DNA of 63,716 nucleotides, counting the filler, from Cercozoa sp. M6MM (taxonomy: Eukaryota; Protista; Endomyxa: Ascetosporea): the NCBI GenBank assembly GCA_040357565.1. It is 9 parts of 9 records of this genome, joined end to end, with 100 filler letters (N's around TTAATTAATTAA, not from the genome) between each part and the next. Parts side by side here need not be neighbours in the genome. Positions count along the whole stretch, not along the records: positions 1 to 4,650 come from JBDODJ010001088.1; positions 4,751 to 9,748 come from JBDODJ010000999.1; positions 9,849 to 15,690 come from JBDODJ010000835.1; positions 15,791 to 19,527 come from JBDODJ010001333.1; 5 more parts are not named here. One strand, given 5' to 3'. Below are positions 1 through 16,872 of the stretch, in pieces. The notes below the pieces were generated by a model, which did no database searches, was not told the DNA's origin, and saw only the letters and a list, made by a program, of their open reading frames with translations. Within the stretch, counting starts at the first letter, position 1; every line of letters begins with the position of its first letter. Made by a program: the position numbers and the translations under genes.

Positions 1-69
1 TGTTGTCTACATTAATTTAATCGATAGATGAGCGGCAGCGCGACAAGAAGGGTGTAAAGCACCGACGAA

Positions 70-156
70 GACCAACCACACTGCGCAAAAAGCGCAAGCC
101 GACATCATGCGATGCTCCTTCCTATGTATGAGTATATAAAGGTGCTTAACTGTACG

Positions 157-219
<63 letters not shown>

Positions 220-636
220 CGGCATGTCTTGCGGCACGAGCAGGTGCAGCAGATCTGACGAAAAGTGCGTCGGAAAGCTAGCAGAAAACTCCTCGTGCGA
301 CGGCATCGCCTACGACACACGCTACGTATGCACAGGCACAACACGCCCTGTATTTGTAGACAGGAAACATACGTTTAGGAAGGGTCGGAAAAAGGAATCA
401 CCGTCGAGGGCCTCGAGTGCTACTGCCAGTGCCTGGAAAGCAATCAAGAGACAAGGATCGGAGGTGCAGATACAAGGCACACAAGAAAGGGCACCAGTGC
501 GAGCGAAGGCATCCGTTGCGCCAGCGGAGCGACCACCTGTCTTACTCGAGCCGACAGTCGAGGACTCGAGAGCGACAAGAAGACCTCGCGCGGCACGCTG
601 ATAAACTCGTCGCCCACCGCAAGCTACAAAGTTGGA

Positions 637-686
<50 letters not shown>

Positions 687-696
687 NNNNNNNNNN

Positions 697-744
<48 letters not shown>

Positions 745-1332
745 GATTTGAGGGCGCGAATGCCACGGCCGCAGCCAGGAGCGTCGCAGATCTCGACAGC
801 GTCGTTGATGCCAGTGGCACCGTGCTCCACGAGCCACTGCACAGTTAGTCCATCACGACAACCATCCTCTCAAAGGACAGGAAGTGCTCACCTTGGTGAG
901 ACGGTCCAGACGAGGCTGCCACTCCTTCTCCGACGGTGGGACCTGCTTTTGTGAGCTTGCTTCAAACTCGACCGATACAGACATGCCCAAACTACCTCAG
1001 GGAACGTGGCCTGCAGCTTCGAAAGTTTAGCTAATTTCTGCTGAAGAATGCTCAGCCACTGCAGCAGCTTCGGCGAGCTCCAGTTCTCCAGACCATCGCC
1101 CCGCGCCAGGACATCTGTTGCTCGTATTGGATTGAACTGTGCCTTCTAAAACGCAAACTGTAGAGATGTAAGTAAGTACCTAGAAGGGTATCCAACTCGC
1201 GCTGCTCCTGCTTGGCAGCCTTTTTCGCGTCTGCCTGAGTAGGGGTGGGTGGTACATAATATTTTATCCGCGCCCCAGCAGTAAAACAAGGAGCACCGTG
1301 TGACCCTTTGTCCTCCGGGATTTCTTGCCCAT
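70..1332 (-). CDS. SETD3: SETD3-like SET-domain methyltransferase, 5' part; multi-exon, runs off window start
   Basis: Spliced translation begins MGKKSRRTKGHT (SETD3-like N-terminus), then QWLVEHGATGINDAVEICDAPGCGRGIRALKS / LAVGDEFISVPREVFLS / ALAVALEALDGDSFFRPFLNAMP, typical of SETD3/Rubisco-LSMT SET domains. Lower boundary approximate. Confidence 0.75.
158..215. repeat. (TG)n intronic microsatellite; representative of many (TG/CA)n and (GA/TC)n arrays, often at assembly gaps
   Basis: Directly visible. Similar arrays at about 640-741, 4607-4650, 6766-6868, 23800-23893, 35978-36086, 40195-40296, 55788-55890, 60840-61020. Confidence 0.95.
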
Positions 1333-1535
1333 GTTTTAAGGCAGCACAGTCAAACACTTTGACACAATCCGCAACAGCGTAATGACTTACAGTAAAGTTA
1401 TGGTGCGCACTTAACAAAGGATGATTCCGGACCAAGAAACGCATTAACTGTGACTGTGAGTGCGCGTGTGCTTGTGCTGTGTTGTGTTTAGTGCAGTACG
1501 GGTAAGGATAAATGGCCTCACTGGCGACCGGCGCG

Positions 1536-4595
<3,060 letters not shown>

Positions 4596-4599
4596 GTGC

Positions 4600-4650
<51 letters not shown>

Positions 4651-4694
4651 NNNNNNNNNNNNNNNNNNNNNNNNNNNNNNNNNNNNNNNNNNNN

Positions 4695-4706
4695 TTAATT
4701 AATTAA
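4695..4706. other. Artificial scaffold linker TTAATTAATTAA inside N-runs; also at 9793, 15735, 19572, 23690, 41026, 54056, 58538
   Basis: Identical six-frame-stop 12-mer flanked by 44 Ns on each side, 8 times; genes break at each. Confidence 0.97.
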
Positions 4707-4750
4707 NNNNNNNNNNNNNNNNNNNNNNNNNNNNNNNNNNNNNNNNNNNN

Positions 4751-4800
<50 letters not shown>

Positions 4801-4802
4801 CA

Positions 4803-6764
4803 CTGCAGCTCCCGCCGGGCGATGCGACACGCGATTTCGTCTTCTCGCGCTTGATCGCGAAGGCCCGCAAGAAAATCGGCCACTCGCGTGTCCTCAACAG
4901 ACATGGTCTGCGTGTTACATTGTCACAGTCACCACGTCTGCTTGATGAAGGAGAGGGTGCGGTACCGAGCGATCAAAGAGCGGCAGTAGCAACGCGATAG
5001 CGTGCACACTCGCTGCGATCAGTCGACGCGACTGACGCGCCAGAGTGAGCGTCTGCTCCGACAGAACGAAGTGCATATATGGGGTACATGAAGTAGTGCG
5101 TAAGAGTACAGGGTGCGCATAAGGCAAACGTGACGCAGCGACCGCATCGATCGAGTCCGATGACAGCAGCGCATCGCACAGACTGCCGAAGGAACCTGCG
5201 ACTGCAGCGTCCACTTCGGTGTTTAGCATCTTCTGTACACACAAAGACGTGACACATAACACAGACACAGCAGCAGCACAAGGCACGGTGTTGAACAGAG
5301 CGACGTGAGTGTCGAAACAATGTAACGCCACGCCTAGTCTCAAGCTATACAGTCAGACACAAGTGTCGTCCCACATGGAGCACACTCGTCAAATTGGCAA
5401 GTGTACGCAGGCAGCAGACGAAAACGACCACCATCGCCGGTGCTTTCGTCCATTGAACTGCAAAAACTCAATCAGGGATGCCAGGGTAAAGGAGGGCACA
5501 GGAAGGGTGCTGAGTTTACCTGAGGAAGTGGACACTCTGCGTGTCACGCAGCAAGCGTCGCGGCATGGTAGCCAGCGTTTGCAGCAAGGCCGCACGGTCC
5601 GTCTCACTCACGCCGCGTGCAGACACCGCCCTGTGCAACAACGTTCAGGTCTCCAACCGACATAAACGCATCCGGCTCACTAGCAGGACTACCTGGCAAG
5701 CAGCACGCCCAAGTAGTCACATGCCCGACCCTGCTGCAGACGCAGGAAGGCAGCCAACTGATCACCGCGTGCTACACAGAGTCGCGTTTAATAAAGCAGT
5801 AGACGAAGACAGACAAAGGAAAAGAGATGGAGAGAGAAGAGAGGGAGGGGGTGCAGACAACATACCGAAGTAACTGTTGCCACTCAGGGTCAGCGAGCCG
5901 ACTGTTCGCAACACTTCTGACACTGACAACACCACTGACGTGTCTTCGGCCATCTACAAATATCAACACACAGACAAATGAAACATGAAAGATACGATAG
6001 ATATATATATATATATTTTTTTAAAAACAGATCGTACACATCGTAGTCGCTCGAGTGCAGCGAGTTGTCGCAGTTTGTTAGCGCGCATTTTCACGAGATA
6101 CAAGGCACTTTTGCGCGTATTTCTTTTGCTGCTCATAAACAAACAACAAAAGTACACGTGTCAAAACAATAAAGTGGTGAAGGTACGGTTCTGCCTGTCG
6201 AATGAGATAGTGACCGGCTGTCATGTCGTTTTGCAGCTCGTCTGGATATGAGGAAGTACAAGAATAAAGGTGGCGCTACTGTGACAGCGCAAATACCAAG
6301 ATCCACAAGGTGACTGACTTTGGCGCATGCAGAAGCGACCTACCACCATACACTTATGTATATGATACGCGGACACATGAGGAATTCCCACGTACCTGGG
6401 CGTCAGCGGACGGGAGCCAAAGCATACCGGCCGCTCGCAGGAACACTCGCGTAGCACGCGTGGCCAAACCCTTGTCTGTTCAATGGGAGTATGTGTAGGA
6501 GACTTCCTGGGAGAGGGAGGGGTAAAATGACTCACCTTGCAATGTAGCGGCTTTTTCCATCAGGAGGCGTGCCAGTTCGAGACTAACGATTGCCGTCTGC
6601 ACATGTGCAAACCACATACACATACATTGTGGTGCGTGAAAGACACGAAGCAGAGAAGGAACTTACCCGCTGCCAAGGTCGCGCACACAGGGAGGCGTCA
6701 TTGGGGGAGACGTTTTTCATGAAAAAGTGTTCGAATCTTCTGTCATCCTGCTCGAAACCACTCA

Positions 6765-6812
<48 letters not shown>

Positions 6813-6822
6813 NNNNNNNNNN

Positions 6823-6873
<51 letters not shown>

Positions 6874-6990
6874 CACCTCGACAGTGAAGACAGAGCTCTG
6901 CGCTTTGTTTTGCTCGGCGTGGTCGATATCGAAATCTTCGTCATAGTCATCGTCGTCGTCGCTGCCGTCGGGGTCGCTAGCACCGGCCAT
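4803..6990 (-). CDS. Hypothetical alpha-helical protein with acidic N-terminus; multi-exon, 3' truncated by gap
   Basis: Chain of short exons bounded by GT/AG on the minus strand (MAGASDPDGSDDDDDYDED..., TAIVSLELARLLMEKAA..., VADFLAGLRDQARE...). No family recognised. Confidence 0.55.
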
Positions 6991-7977
6991 GTCGTTCGCG
7001 TCCGACGATCCCGGCGACGTGTGCTCTTGCGACTAATTTGGATAGATCAAATCAACCAGCGATGCTCGAGCCATGCACACCCTTGTGTAGTACCGAAAAA
7101 GCGTCATCGTCAACGCTGATACCGACTTGTAACAAGGCTTGTTTAAGACCTTTCTGCGACAGACACGCACAGAGGATCCACCCATTGAGTCAACATTAAA
7201 GATTCCCTACCTCAGCATGCGTCAAAATCGTTTCACAATTGGCAGACTCGGATTTTGACACTGCGGCGTTGACACTCTCCATCCGTTGCGTTCCTTGAAC
7301 GCTGGGTACATCAAGGACTAGTATGATGTACTTAAATGAAAAAGCCGCATGCGGAAAATATATATCTCGGGGCGTACCGAATATGACAGTCCTTCGCACG
7401 CAAAATTTGTCTTCGTAGTCGTAAGATAGCACTGAGTCGCCGCGGGTGCCGCGCGAACTCCTGCAGCGCCTGCAGCGACCTCGCTCGGGACATTCTTTAG
7501 CTGCGCCAAAAGACAATGTCAAATTTCTTGCGCTGCCACGCGCTAATGACTGGACACAAACCAAAATGTGCTCCACACACGCGGACTACTACTGATTGCT
7601 CTGTAAAGCAGCAAAAAAACGGACACTAAATGTTTAAGACAAATTGCACAACGTTTGGCGCGTTTCCTCCTTTACATGGCATATCCCAGGCGCACAGCAC
7701 TATCGTACCTGTGTAGCTGTGCGTTGGCGATTGAATAAATGCCAACTTATTACGATTTGTCGACCTTCCCAGAGGTTCCGCGGTGAGTGCTCTGTATGTC
7801 TGGAGTTATGGTGTGCCTGCAGGCACCTGCGATCGTTGGTTTTTTGACTGTGGGGCATTTTCGCGCCAAATGCTCATTTGTCCAGGAAATGGCGTTTTTC
7901 TGGGGTTTTGCTTTTGTTGCCATTTTGACAGTTTTCTGAGTTGCAGAGTCGTTGTGCCGGCAGCGAAGGGACTTCAG

Positions 7978-9748
7978 ATGGCCCGCGAAATGCGAGCACA
8001 GGTATTGTGACCCGTCTTGTTGTGCTCAGTTGACCTTCCTCGAAATGTGTGTGTATGTGTGGGTGTTGTGCGCGCAAAGCTGGAACCAAGCAGAATGAAG
8101 CTGCTTTGTGCTACACGTCGTGCGCCGCGTTCACTGCTGCAACGAGGAACGCTTCCGCCGGTTCCTGCCGCACCTGCGCCGAAACAACAGTCGGTAGGCG
8201 TTCCTCTTCGCTATGCTTGAAACATAATTCACCATTTTTGATTGACTGTAGGGTCCTGCGTTGTTGTCCGAAAGTGCAGCAGTATCGAATGTGGCCCAAG
8301 CTCCGACTCATACAAGTTCGTTGCAACAAAGAGGCACACTCGAGAGTGCTATACCAAATCAAAAAGAGAACGCCCAAAACTTGCAGAACAGTAGCAGGGA
8401 CACCAATTACGGCTTCCCAGGCGGTGACCATGCCCGTGACAGGTTCGACGGCTTCCAGCAAGCGAATACTCAGTTGCAGCAAAGCACACGCTCCAACGAT
8501 GTCAACAACAACCAAAACAACGATGGCTTTGGACGCAGCAACCAGAGAAAGCCAAACAGTCGACCTGCCAGTGCCTTCGCGTTCGACGAAGATTTTGATG
8601 ACTTTGAGGAACCACCAGTACGTTATATTTCTAGGACTGTGCATAGTTGAATGTGTGTCTACAGGCCCAGAAGACTCGTCGCCCAGTCGCTGCGGCGCCA
8701 CCTGCTAAACGCGCGCGCATTGACGAGACAGGCCGTGCTGGTACACACACACACACATACACACACGCACGCACGCATGCACGTACACAGACACTGCACA
8801 GTGTATATTGTTTTGCCCAGCACCTCGATCGTCGTCGTTGTCGAAAGTTCGCGAGCTACTGCGGCGGTACGCCGCAGAGCACAGACGCGTGCTCGAGTTT
8901 GCCGACGCTGGTATTTAGGGCCCCTGGCTTGTTTTGATCGACCTCTGTGCTCGCTATGCTGTGAAATAGGCATGGCAGTGGAGACGGTGCGTGCTGCCCT
9001 GCAGCCACAGTACTCGGCAGCACGTGGCAAACTGAAGATTTTATCACAACAGGTACTGGCATTTCCTATCCTGTGCGTGTACGCACTGGCCGTGTGCAGT
9101 TGAGGGACAGCATCGACGTGGTAGCACTGCCAGAATTTCTGGCATTGATGCTTGCAAACCACATCGAAGCTGCTGCCGACAGTACCGCCAACAGAACCAA
9201 CAGTGGCAGCAACAGAAACATGACTAGCAGCAGCAGTAGCACCAGGGCGAGTGGCAGCGGGGGAGGCGACTGCAGCCTTTCTTGTATGGAACGCTCGGCT
9301 TCTGTTCCTCAGGTATCCTCTTTTTCGTGTGTGTGTGTTGCTGTTCTATCCCTACGTTACTTTTGCCTGACTTCAATGCCTGCAGGCTGCCCACGAGAGC
9401 AGGAGTTCGCCCATTCCACTACCGATGTCATTGTCGCCGATTCACTCGCCAAAACGTCCGCCGCAGTCAGCAATTCAGTCATCGCATCAGTCGTCGTATC
9501 AACCGTCGCATCATCCATCTCGTCCCTCGCCTCAGCCATCGTATCAATCGTCATCGCATCAACGCAGCACACTCGAGAGACTGACGAAGGAATCGCCGCC
9601 ACCGCGTGATGCTCCTTCTCGGGGTACACCACTGAGCTTCTGTGTTGTATGTGCTTGCCTGCTTACATCTGACTCGCAGACCGCCCGAAAGCGACACTTG
9701 AAAGTGACTGCGACATCGTGTGTCTCGACGATTCCGTGGTTGAATTGG
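7978..9748 (+). CDS. Hypothetical low-complexity (N/Q/S-rich) probably nuclear protein, N-terminal part; truncated by gap
   Basis: Spliced exons include an NLS-like PPAKRAR and a SIM-like DIVCLDDSVVEL. Start uncertain. Confidence 0.45.
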
Positions 9749-9860
9749 NNNNNNNNNNNNNNNNNNNNNNNNNNNNNNNNNNNNNNNNNNNNTTAATTAA
9801 TTAANNNNNNNNNNNNNNNNNNNNNNNNNNNNNNNNNNNNNNNNNNNNCCCCCCGGGTAG

Positions 9861-10422
9861 ATCGCATCGAACCGCGTGGAGTCGGTGCTGAACCGTATCC
9901 ACGTGGCGCAGCCGGTGCCGCGCGATGACAAGGCACGTCCGGCGCACATCCCGGCCAGTGTGCTGCGCCGTCGTGCCGCGCACAAGGAGGCTCACGGCAT
10001 GGCTAGCACGCCTGGTACTCTTATCCCCATCTTACCCCACCCCATCCTTACCCCCTACCTCCCCGGTAGGCTCGATGGACGACGACGATGCACGTCTCAA
10101 CGGCGTTGCCGATGAGCAGGAGGTGCGTTTACTCCCCTCCCTGGTACGACGAGATATACTATGTTGTGCAGGAGTTCGGCGGCGCAGGTGTCTTCCAATG
10201 GGACACGCGGCGTGAGTGGGACCTTGTCAATCCCGAGGAGGCCTACGACGACGTGCCGCAGTTTTACAAGGTGCCGTATACATATACATGTATACATACA
10301 CACATACATATACTTGTACAAGTATAGGGCAAGAATGTCGCCGACTTTATCGATCCGGAGATCGATGCGAAACTCGCCGCCCTCGAGGCTGAGGAGGAGG
10401 TAGTTTAACCTCCCCCCCCCCA

Positions 10423-10457
<35 letters not shown>

Positions 10458-11407
10458 GGGCCCCCCACTTCCCCCCCCCCCCCTTGGTAGGAGCGTCTGC
10501 GTCGCCGTGAGGCTGACATGGACGGCGACGCCGAGAGCGATCTCGAGGACGACGAGGCCTGGCTGGCGCGTTCCATCCAGGTACTTTACCCCCTCCCCAG
10601 CCCATTGCATGTGATCCCCCTCCTGTTGGTAGAGTAAGAAGAAGTTGCTCAAGAACGAGGCGCGACAGAAGCAGGCTGGCAACAAGCCGGGTACCTTCGC
10701 TTGTGTTATACCTCCCTNNNNNNNNNNNNNNNNNNNNNNNNNNNNNNNNNNNNNNNNNNNNNNNNNNNNNNNNNNNNNNNNNNNNNNNNNNNNNNNNNNN
10801 NNNNNNNNNNNNNNNNNACCCCCCCCCCCCCCCATACACCCTGTATGAGGCAGGCTTTGCGCGCACGGTTCGACCGGTGCACTCGCTGGACGAGATGACG
10901 CGTCGCATGCAGCAGCGCGGCATCGACACCTCCAAGGTCGAGGTAGGATATTGCTTTACCCCTCCCCATACCTCCACTCCTGACCCCCTGTGTTGCAGGA
11001 GCGTGTCAAGGAGACAGGCAGCATTCTCGGCAAGCGTCGCGGTCGGCGGCGACTCATGGACGAGGACGAGGACGAGGAGATGCGCCAGGAGGAGCAGCTT
11101 GACGAGCGTCAGCAGCGGTAGAACTAGTCTTACCCCCTCACCCCTTATGAGCCCCCCCCCCCCCCCCTGCAGGTTGCGCTCGCTGTCACGTGCGCGTGCC
11201 CGGAGTCGTTCGCGCACGCGCGCGCCGCATGAGGAGGGTCTGCGCGACGAGGAGCATCAGGAGCACGCCGTTAAGCGACGACGACTGCTGCTGCACCGCG
11301 CGCAGGTCGTCGACGGCAAGAAGGGCGAGGGCGACCGACACGTGTTCGACAATATGCCCAAGCACCTCTTCTCGGGCAAGCGCTCCTTCAAGGGCGACCG
11401 TCGCTAG
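9861..11407 (+). CDS. NOG1: Nucleolar GTP-binding protein 1, C-terminal half
   Basis: VLNRIHVAQPVPRD; FGGAGVF; GKNVADFIDPEIDAKLAALEAEEE; terminal KKGEGDRHVFDNMPKHLFSGKR..GDRR*. Confidence 0.93.
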
Positions 11408-11692
11408 CTCTATCTGCCGCACGACCTGTCGTTTGCTCTGTCTGAAGTCTGCTGCCACTAACATGACTCGCTACTGGACGGATTACCCTAATATATCAAC
11501 TCGTGATTGCCCACGTTAGCGCTTGTGTTAAGATGATACTGTAGATTCTTCATTCGAGCCGAAGCGGTACGAGCCGAAACGTCAACAGGGAATGACTTCA
11601 AGCAGCAGGGCCCGTATAGCTGAGCGCACCTGTGAGCACACCGACTGTAGTGCTAAAGTAGTGCTCGGTAGGCGAAATCACCTGTTTTGGCG

Positions 11693-12931
11693 ATGGCAGA
11701 AAGTGGCGATGTGGTACTCTCTTGCGCTTGTGTTGTCCCCACGGCGTGTGTTGCTGTGATAATTTCTGTGAGATTTGCAGGCGTCCAAAGTGCGACTCGC
11801 ACACGCACTGCAGGCACCGTTCCTCGACTCTGTGGGGGACAGAGAAAAGGATGACGAACTGATTGCACAGATGGTACGAGTAGACAACACTGTTTGTTGA
11901 GTGTTTGTTCCGCAGAGCACGTGTGTGCCACAGGGACTGACTGACGAAGAGGAAGCGATGTTTCGCCGTGCGCGATCGTTGCATCGCAAACGTTGGTACA
12001 AATCTCCTGTTGGTCTCCTGCGACGGGGGGGGGGGTAAACACATGTGTTCAGGCGGCGTCGACAGGTGCAGCAAGCGGCCTTCACGCGGCATGAGGCGCA
12101 GTTGCGCATGCTGCGAGACATCGATGCGCACGCCCCGGAGGGTCCAGGCGACGGTCTCTCTCGCCTGTTTGTGCACCAGGGCCGTCTGCATGAGTGGCAC
12201 CTATGGCGACAGCGTCGGCGTGCCTTCCGACTGCTTGACCTCGATCTCGACGAGCTACGCACCGAGCAGATTCGCGTCGACACGTATCTGCTCTTACCCC
12301 CTTTTAGCTCTTTATACCCTCTTACTTCTCTTACCTCTCTTACCATACCTTCCGCCCCCACCTGACCTCCTCCATTATCCCTTGACGTTAGACGACTGGC
12401 CGAGGCGCGACGAGCGGCCGAAGTTCCGCCCGGCAAGCGTCGCCGAAAGAGTGCGCGTTTATACCCCCTCCCACTCCTTATGCTTTTACCTCTTCTGTGA
12501 GACAGAGCCACAGCAAGTGATGGTGAAGCGACCGTTCATCAAGCGACCCAAGCGTGTACACCTTCTCTGTGTATCGCCATGTTGCCCAGGGTACAGTGCT
12601 TGCTCTCACAGCCGGAGGTGCCGCTGCCTGCGTCTCTCACTGGCGGTGCCGCCGAACGCGTGGGCCTGCGACTGCTGCGGCAACTGCAACGACGCGCCGA
12701 CGTTCACTCGCAAGTCTTTACCGTGCTATCTCTCATCCCATACTCTTCATTCACCTGGAGTGACTCTTGTGTAATGCAAACACAGCACCACCTGGAGCCG
12801 GCGCCAGAAAAAGACATTCTCGATCAGTACGCTATCTATCGCTTTGCTTCTGATGATTTCAGGCCGGTGTTTTGTTTTTGCTTGGTAGCGTCGGTGTCGA
12901 GTGGAAGGACGTCGGCGCCTTCGAGAGCTAA
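11693..12931 (+). CDS. Hypothetical Arg-rich protein, multi-exon
   Basis: Exon chain MAESGD/ASKVRLAHAL.../GLTDEEEAMFRR.../RRRQVQQAAF...LFVHQGRLHEWH.../VGVEWKDVGAFES* with GT-AG introns. Confidence 0.55.
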
Positions 12932-13376
12932 CCAAACTGCCAACACTGTCCCGTCCTGTTTTCTAGTTCGGTTTCTATGTTCGGTACGGTTAGAGCTACT
13001 CGATCCCTGAAGCGAACAGAACTTAAAGATGGTGCGACACGTGGGGCGCCGGCTTGTGCGACTGGCTGCCGCTCCGACGCAACCGCGCCGAGCATTGGCG
13101 CTTGTTTTTTTTTAATGCCGATTCATTACCAATACGAGTTCCCTGGCTGCACTTTTTTGGACAGCGAGAGTTGATAGGGCACGGGGACCGACGCCTGCAA
13201 GTGTGCGTTACCGTATAATTTAGGCACTGGTCACTTGTGGGCAAAGACACGCGGTGTACACTGCATGTGATTGTTTTTGCCTCTTTTTCGCTGTTGCAAG
13301 AACAAAATAGAAAAAGGATGTGTCGGCTGCTGTTGAGTTGAAGGATTGTGTTGTATTGATGTGCAGCTAGTGCGAG

Positions 13377-15659
13377 ATGCTGTCGATCCGTGCGTCTGTG
13401 ACGGAAAATACCGTCACGGCAGACGAGAAAGGCCGCAAATGTGCCACTGCTGTTATTCCCCCCCCCCCCTGGTCTTATGCCTGTGTGTGTTTCTGTAGTC
13501 GCGCTGTTTACGCTGCAGGTCGATGTGCGCGTCGGTGATGAAGAAACGCAGCAGCGTCGACTGAAGAAACGCTTCCGCGATTTTGCGTCGCTTCACAATG
13601 CACTCTGCCTGTCGTTCAATGGTGGACTGCCCCCTCGCATCTCCCTCTATTTTTAATATATTCTGGCACTTTACCCCTATCCTTATCCCTCCTTTTTACC
13701 CCCCTCTATCCTTTGCCCCCTCGCAGAGAACGCGCTGCCCAAGCTGCCGCAGAAGACATTGACTCGCAAGTTCGACGTGCTGTTTCTCGAGCAGCGGCAG
13801 CAGGAACTCAATGCCTATCTGGCGGGTCTGGTGCGGCTTCCATACCCCCTTGGCCCTACTTACTTTCTATCCTTACCCTACCCTACCCTTACCTCCTACC
13901 CTCTTGCCCTACCCCTCCGACCCCCGTACCCGCTATCCCGCTCCGTCCCCCCCCCCCCCGTTGTTGCAGAACGAGCGCGACTTTCTCAAGGCGACGCCAG
14001 CCGTGTTGGATTTCTTCGGTCTTGGTGGTACACCTCGACTCCATCTTTGTACCACTGCACTTGGAACGTGCCTTTAACCATGTAGATCTCGCACCTGGCG
14101 AGGATGGACAGCTCGGCACTCAGACACTGCCTGTGTACTGCGTGCCGCTCGTGCAGCACTTCCAGGTGTGTTACCCTCTGCTTCCTTTCCCTCTTACCCC
14201 CTTACCCCCTTTACCCTACCCCCTTACCCCCTTTACCCCTCCGGCAGGAGCAGCACGAGTTGCACTTCGAAGAGCCCGTGGAGTTCGCCGATGGCGTGCG
14301 TTTCTCGGCCAACGATGTGTTGTGGCTGGTAACCCTACCCATCCCCCACCCCACCCCTCCTTACCCCTTGCGGATAGAACGATCGCTATGTGTGCACGGC
14401 GTCGGGCGATGCGTCGGTGATGAACCGTCTGGACACGTGGCTCAATAAGAACATCAAGCTGCCATGGGAGCCCTCGCTGTCCGACATGTTCGACGGCAGT
14501 CTGCAGCTGTGGCGGCGCACTTGCAATGCCGTCAGCAAGGACAGTCGCGTCGCGCCCGACCTGCACAAGGTCGCCTTGCAGGTTTGTCCCCCTACTCTAC
14601 CCCACCTGCCTTACCTCCCTGTTTACCCACCTGCCTTACCCCTGCGTTACCCCTACGTTACCCCCTACCTTACCCCCTGCGTTACCCCTACCTTACTCCC
14701 ATGCCTTACCCCTTACCTTACCCTCTCAGGTGCTGGAGGACCAGTGCACAGCGCTGGCCTTCAAAGCGTCGACGCAGCGTCTCTTCGTCGGCACGTCGAC
14801 CGGCCGCATCCACTGCTTCTTCGTGGACGACCTGGCGGCCGGCGCCAGCAGCGGCGTCGTTCCGAGCTTCCGCGCGGCCGAGCCGTTTCCCAAGCATCAC
14901 ACGGTACCGTTTGTTGTGTATCCTGTGCCCTCCCTATCATCCGCGGACGCAGGCGCGTATCTCCAAGTTGCTGCTGACCGGGAAGAACGAGGACACGCTG
15001 GTGGCCGTGTCGCACGACAAGCGCGTCTCGGTGTGGCGCTGCGAGAACGGTCAGTTCCTCGGACAGGCCACTGTGTCGGGCAGCTGGCTCACCGACGCCG
15101 TCATCCTGCAGTACACCCTGTCACTCTGTTGGTGTCCGCGCGGATGCCCAATCAAATACACATAGACAAATACACATGGGCAAATACACATGGGCAGGGA
15201 CGGACGAATGTTTGCCACCAACTACAGCAAGAAACTCATCTCGCTCAAGATGGGCCGTCCGCCTACGGTACCTGTCCCTACCCCCCCTCCATCCCCCTTT
15301 ACCCTCTACCCCTGCAGCTGGTGGCCAAGCACCTGGCGCACACCGGCAGCGTGCGCTGTTTGTGTCTCAACGACGACGAGTCCATCATCTACACGGTACT
15401 CTTTATCCCTTACCCTCCCCCTCCCCTTAGCCTCCCCCTTGCCCCCTTACCCTCCCCCCTACCCCCCCCCCCCTAGGCGAGGAGACCGAGCCGCGCCGAC
15501 TGGACCGCTGGATCAACCCGAGCAGCGACCTCAAGATCAAGGTGCGTGCACCCTTAACTATGTGGGCGTGTGTGTGTGTGTCCATATGGACTGTACATTT
15601 GGACACAGGCATTGTGCTACCTGGGTGAGGTCGGACTCCTCGCTTCTGGCGGTGATCAG
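13377..15659 (+). CDS. PX-domain plus WD40-repeat protein; truncated by gap
   Basis: PX motifs KKRFRDFASLHNAL, LPKLPQK, FLEQRQQELNAYL; WD40 segments VAVSHDKRVSVW and AHTGSVRCL. Confidence 0.85.
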
Positions 15660-16872
15660 GTAGATGTGGTGTTCTATCCCCTACCCCTTTNNNNNNNNNN
15701 NNNNNNNNNNNNNNNNNNNNNNNNNNNNNNNNNNTTAATTAATTAANNNNNNNNNNNNNNNNNNNNNNNNNNNNNNNNNNNNNNNNNNNNGAATGCTCCC
15801 CGCCGTCTTATTCTGGCGGGGGGGGGGGGGGATGATGGCAAATTGCCTTGGATCGAACTCCAAAGAAGGACTCTGGGCGACACACGAAAGGCGAACCAGC
15901 CAGATTCATTCGCATCATGATCGACGAGGCTTCCGTGCTCGAAAAGCAGCCATTTTCCTCATCACACATGCCTAAATTAAAACGAGGTGAGTATGGTGCA
16001 ATGTTGCGGCTTGGCTAGGAAACCTACCCGAGCAACACATGGTGGCATTCATCCGACCCAATTCATCAATGCATTTGCCCTGGCGAATGCAAGAAGGTCT
16101 CATAATACTCACTGCCGTCGAACTCAGTTGAGCCAGTGCTCTGCCAAAAATGTAAGTTTAAACTATCCATCCCTTCTGTTTAAATAGTAGTTCCAGTTTT
16201 CTGGCGAAGAAGGACATACCCTTCGAGAACCAGCAGAAATGTAAGCGTCACGTGGTAAATCATGTTCAGTTCGCTTTTATGTAAGTGTCTTCGTGTTTAG
16301 TCTTTGGCAGATTGTCGAGGCATTTCTCATAAAAGAAACGCCTCAGTTTGTGGAAACTCGTACAGTTTCTTCAAAGTGCACCCAGTAGCCCGAGTGGCTG
16401 TAAACCTGCTGTTTTTCAGGAGTGACTGTATCCAAACGACCTTAGACTTACTTTACCTGGTTCACATGCTCAGCGAAGAACCTCGGGTTCAATCACTTCG
16501 CAACGCCAAAGGGCAACCTCAAAACATGTGTCAATGCGGGTACAATCCAAGCAGCCCCAATAGCTAGAATGTACTAGCTTAAGTGTCATCTGGCGGAAGG
16601 GCGGGGCAAGTGGCAGGATTTTTGGTCTCAAAATGGTAAAAAAGCGGCATCCGCGCGGAAGTCATCTTCTGCTTGCACCATCGTCGATCGAACGAGCGTT
16701 TCTCCCAAACAAAGGCCGAACTGGGAAGTCTGCACCTGCCATTGCACCGCTCGTGGCCTCTTGCTAAGTGGAGTCACCGTAAAGACGTTAAAAGGTGTGA
16801 CAACAGACAGACCTGTCACTCCCACTCCACACTGGAGCAGGAACTGCCTGGACGTGACGAACGATTGCAAGG

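Noticed and set aside
161-848. ORFs with CVCVCV, HTHTHT, SLSLSL or ERERER runs here and throughout the window
   Set aside because: Translations of intronic dinucleotide microsatellites.
4651-4750. Recurring TTAATTAATTAA palindrome as a biological site, and gene neighbourhoods spanning it
   Set aside because: Always centred in fixed N44 padding and encodes stops in all six frames; it is a concatenation linker.
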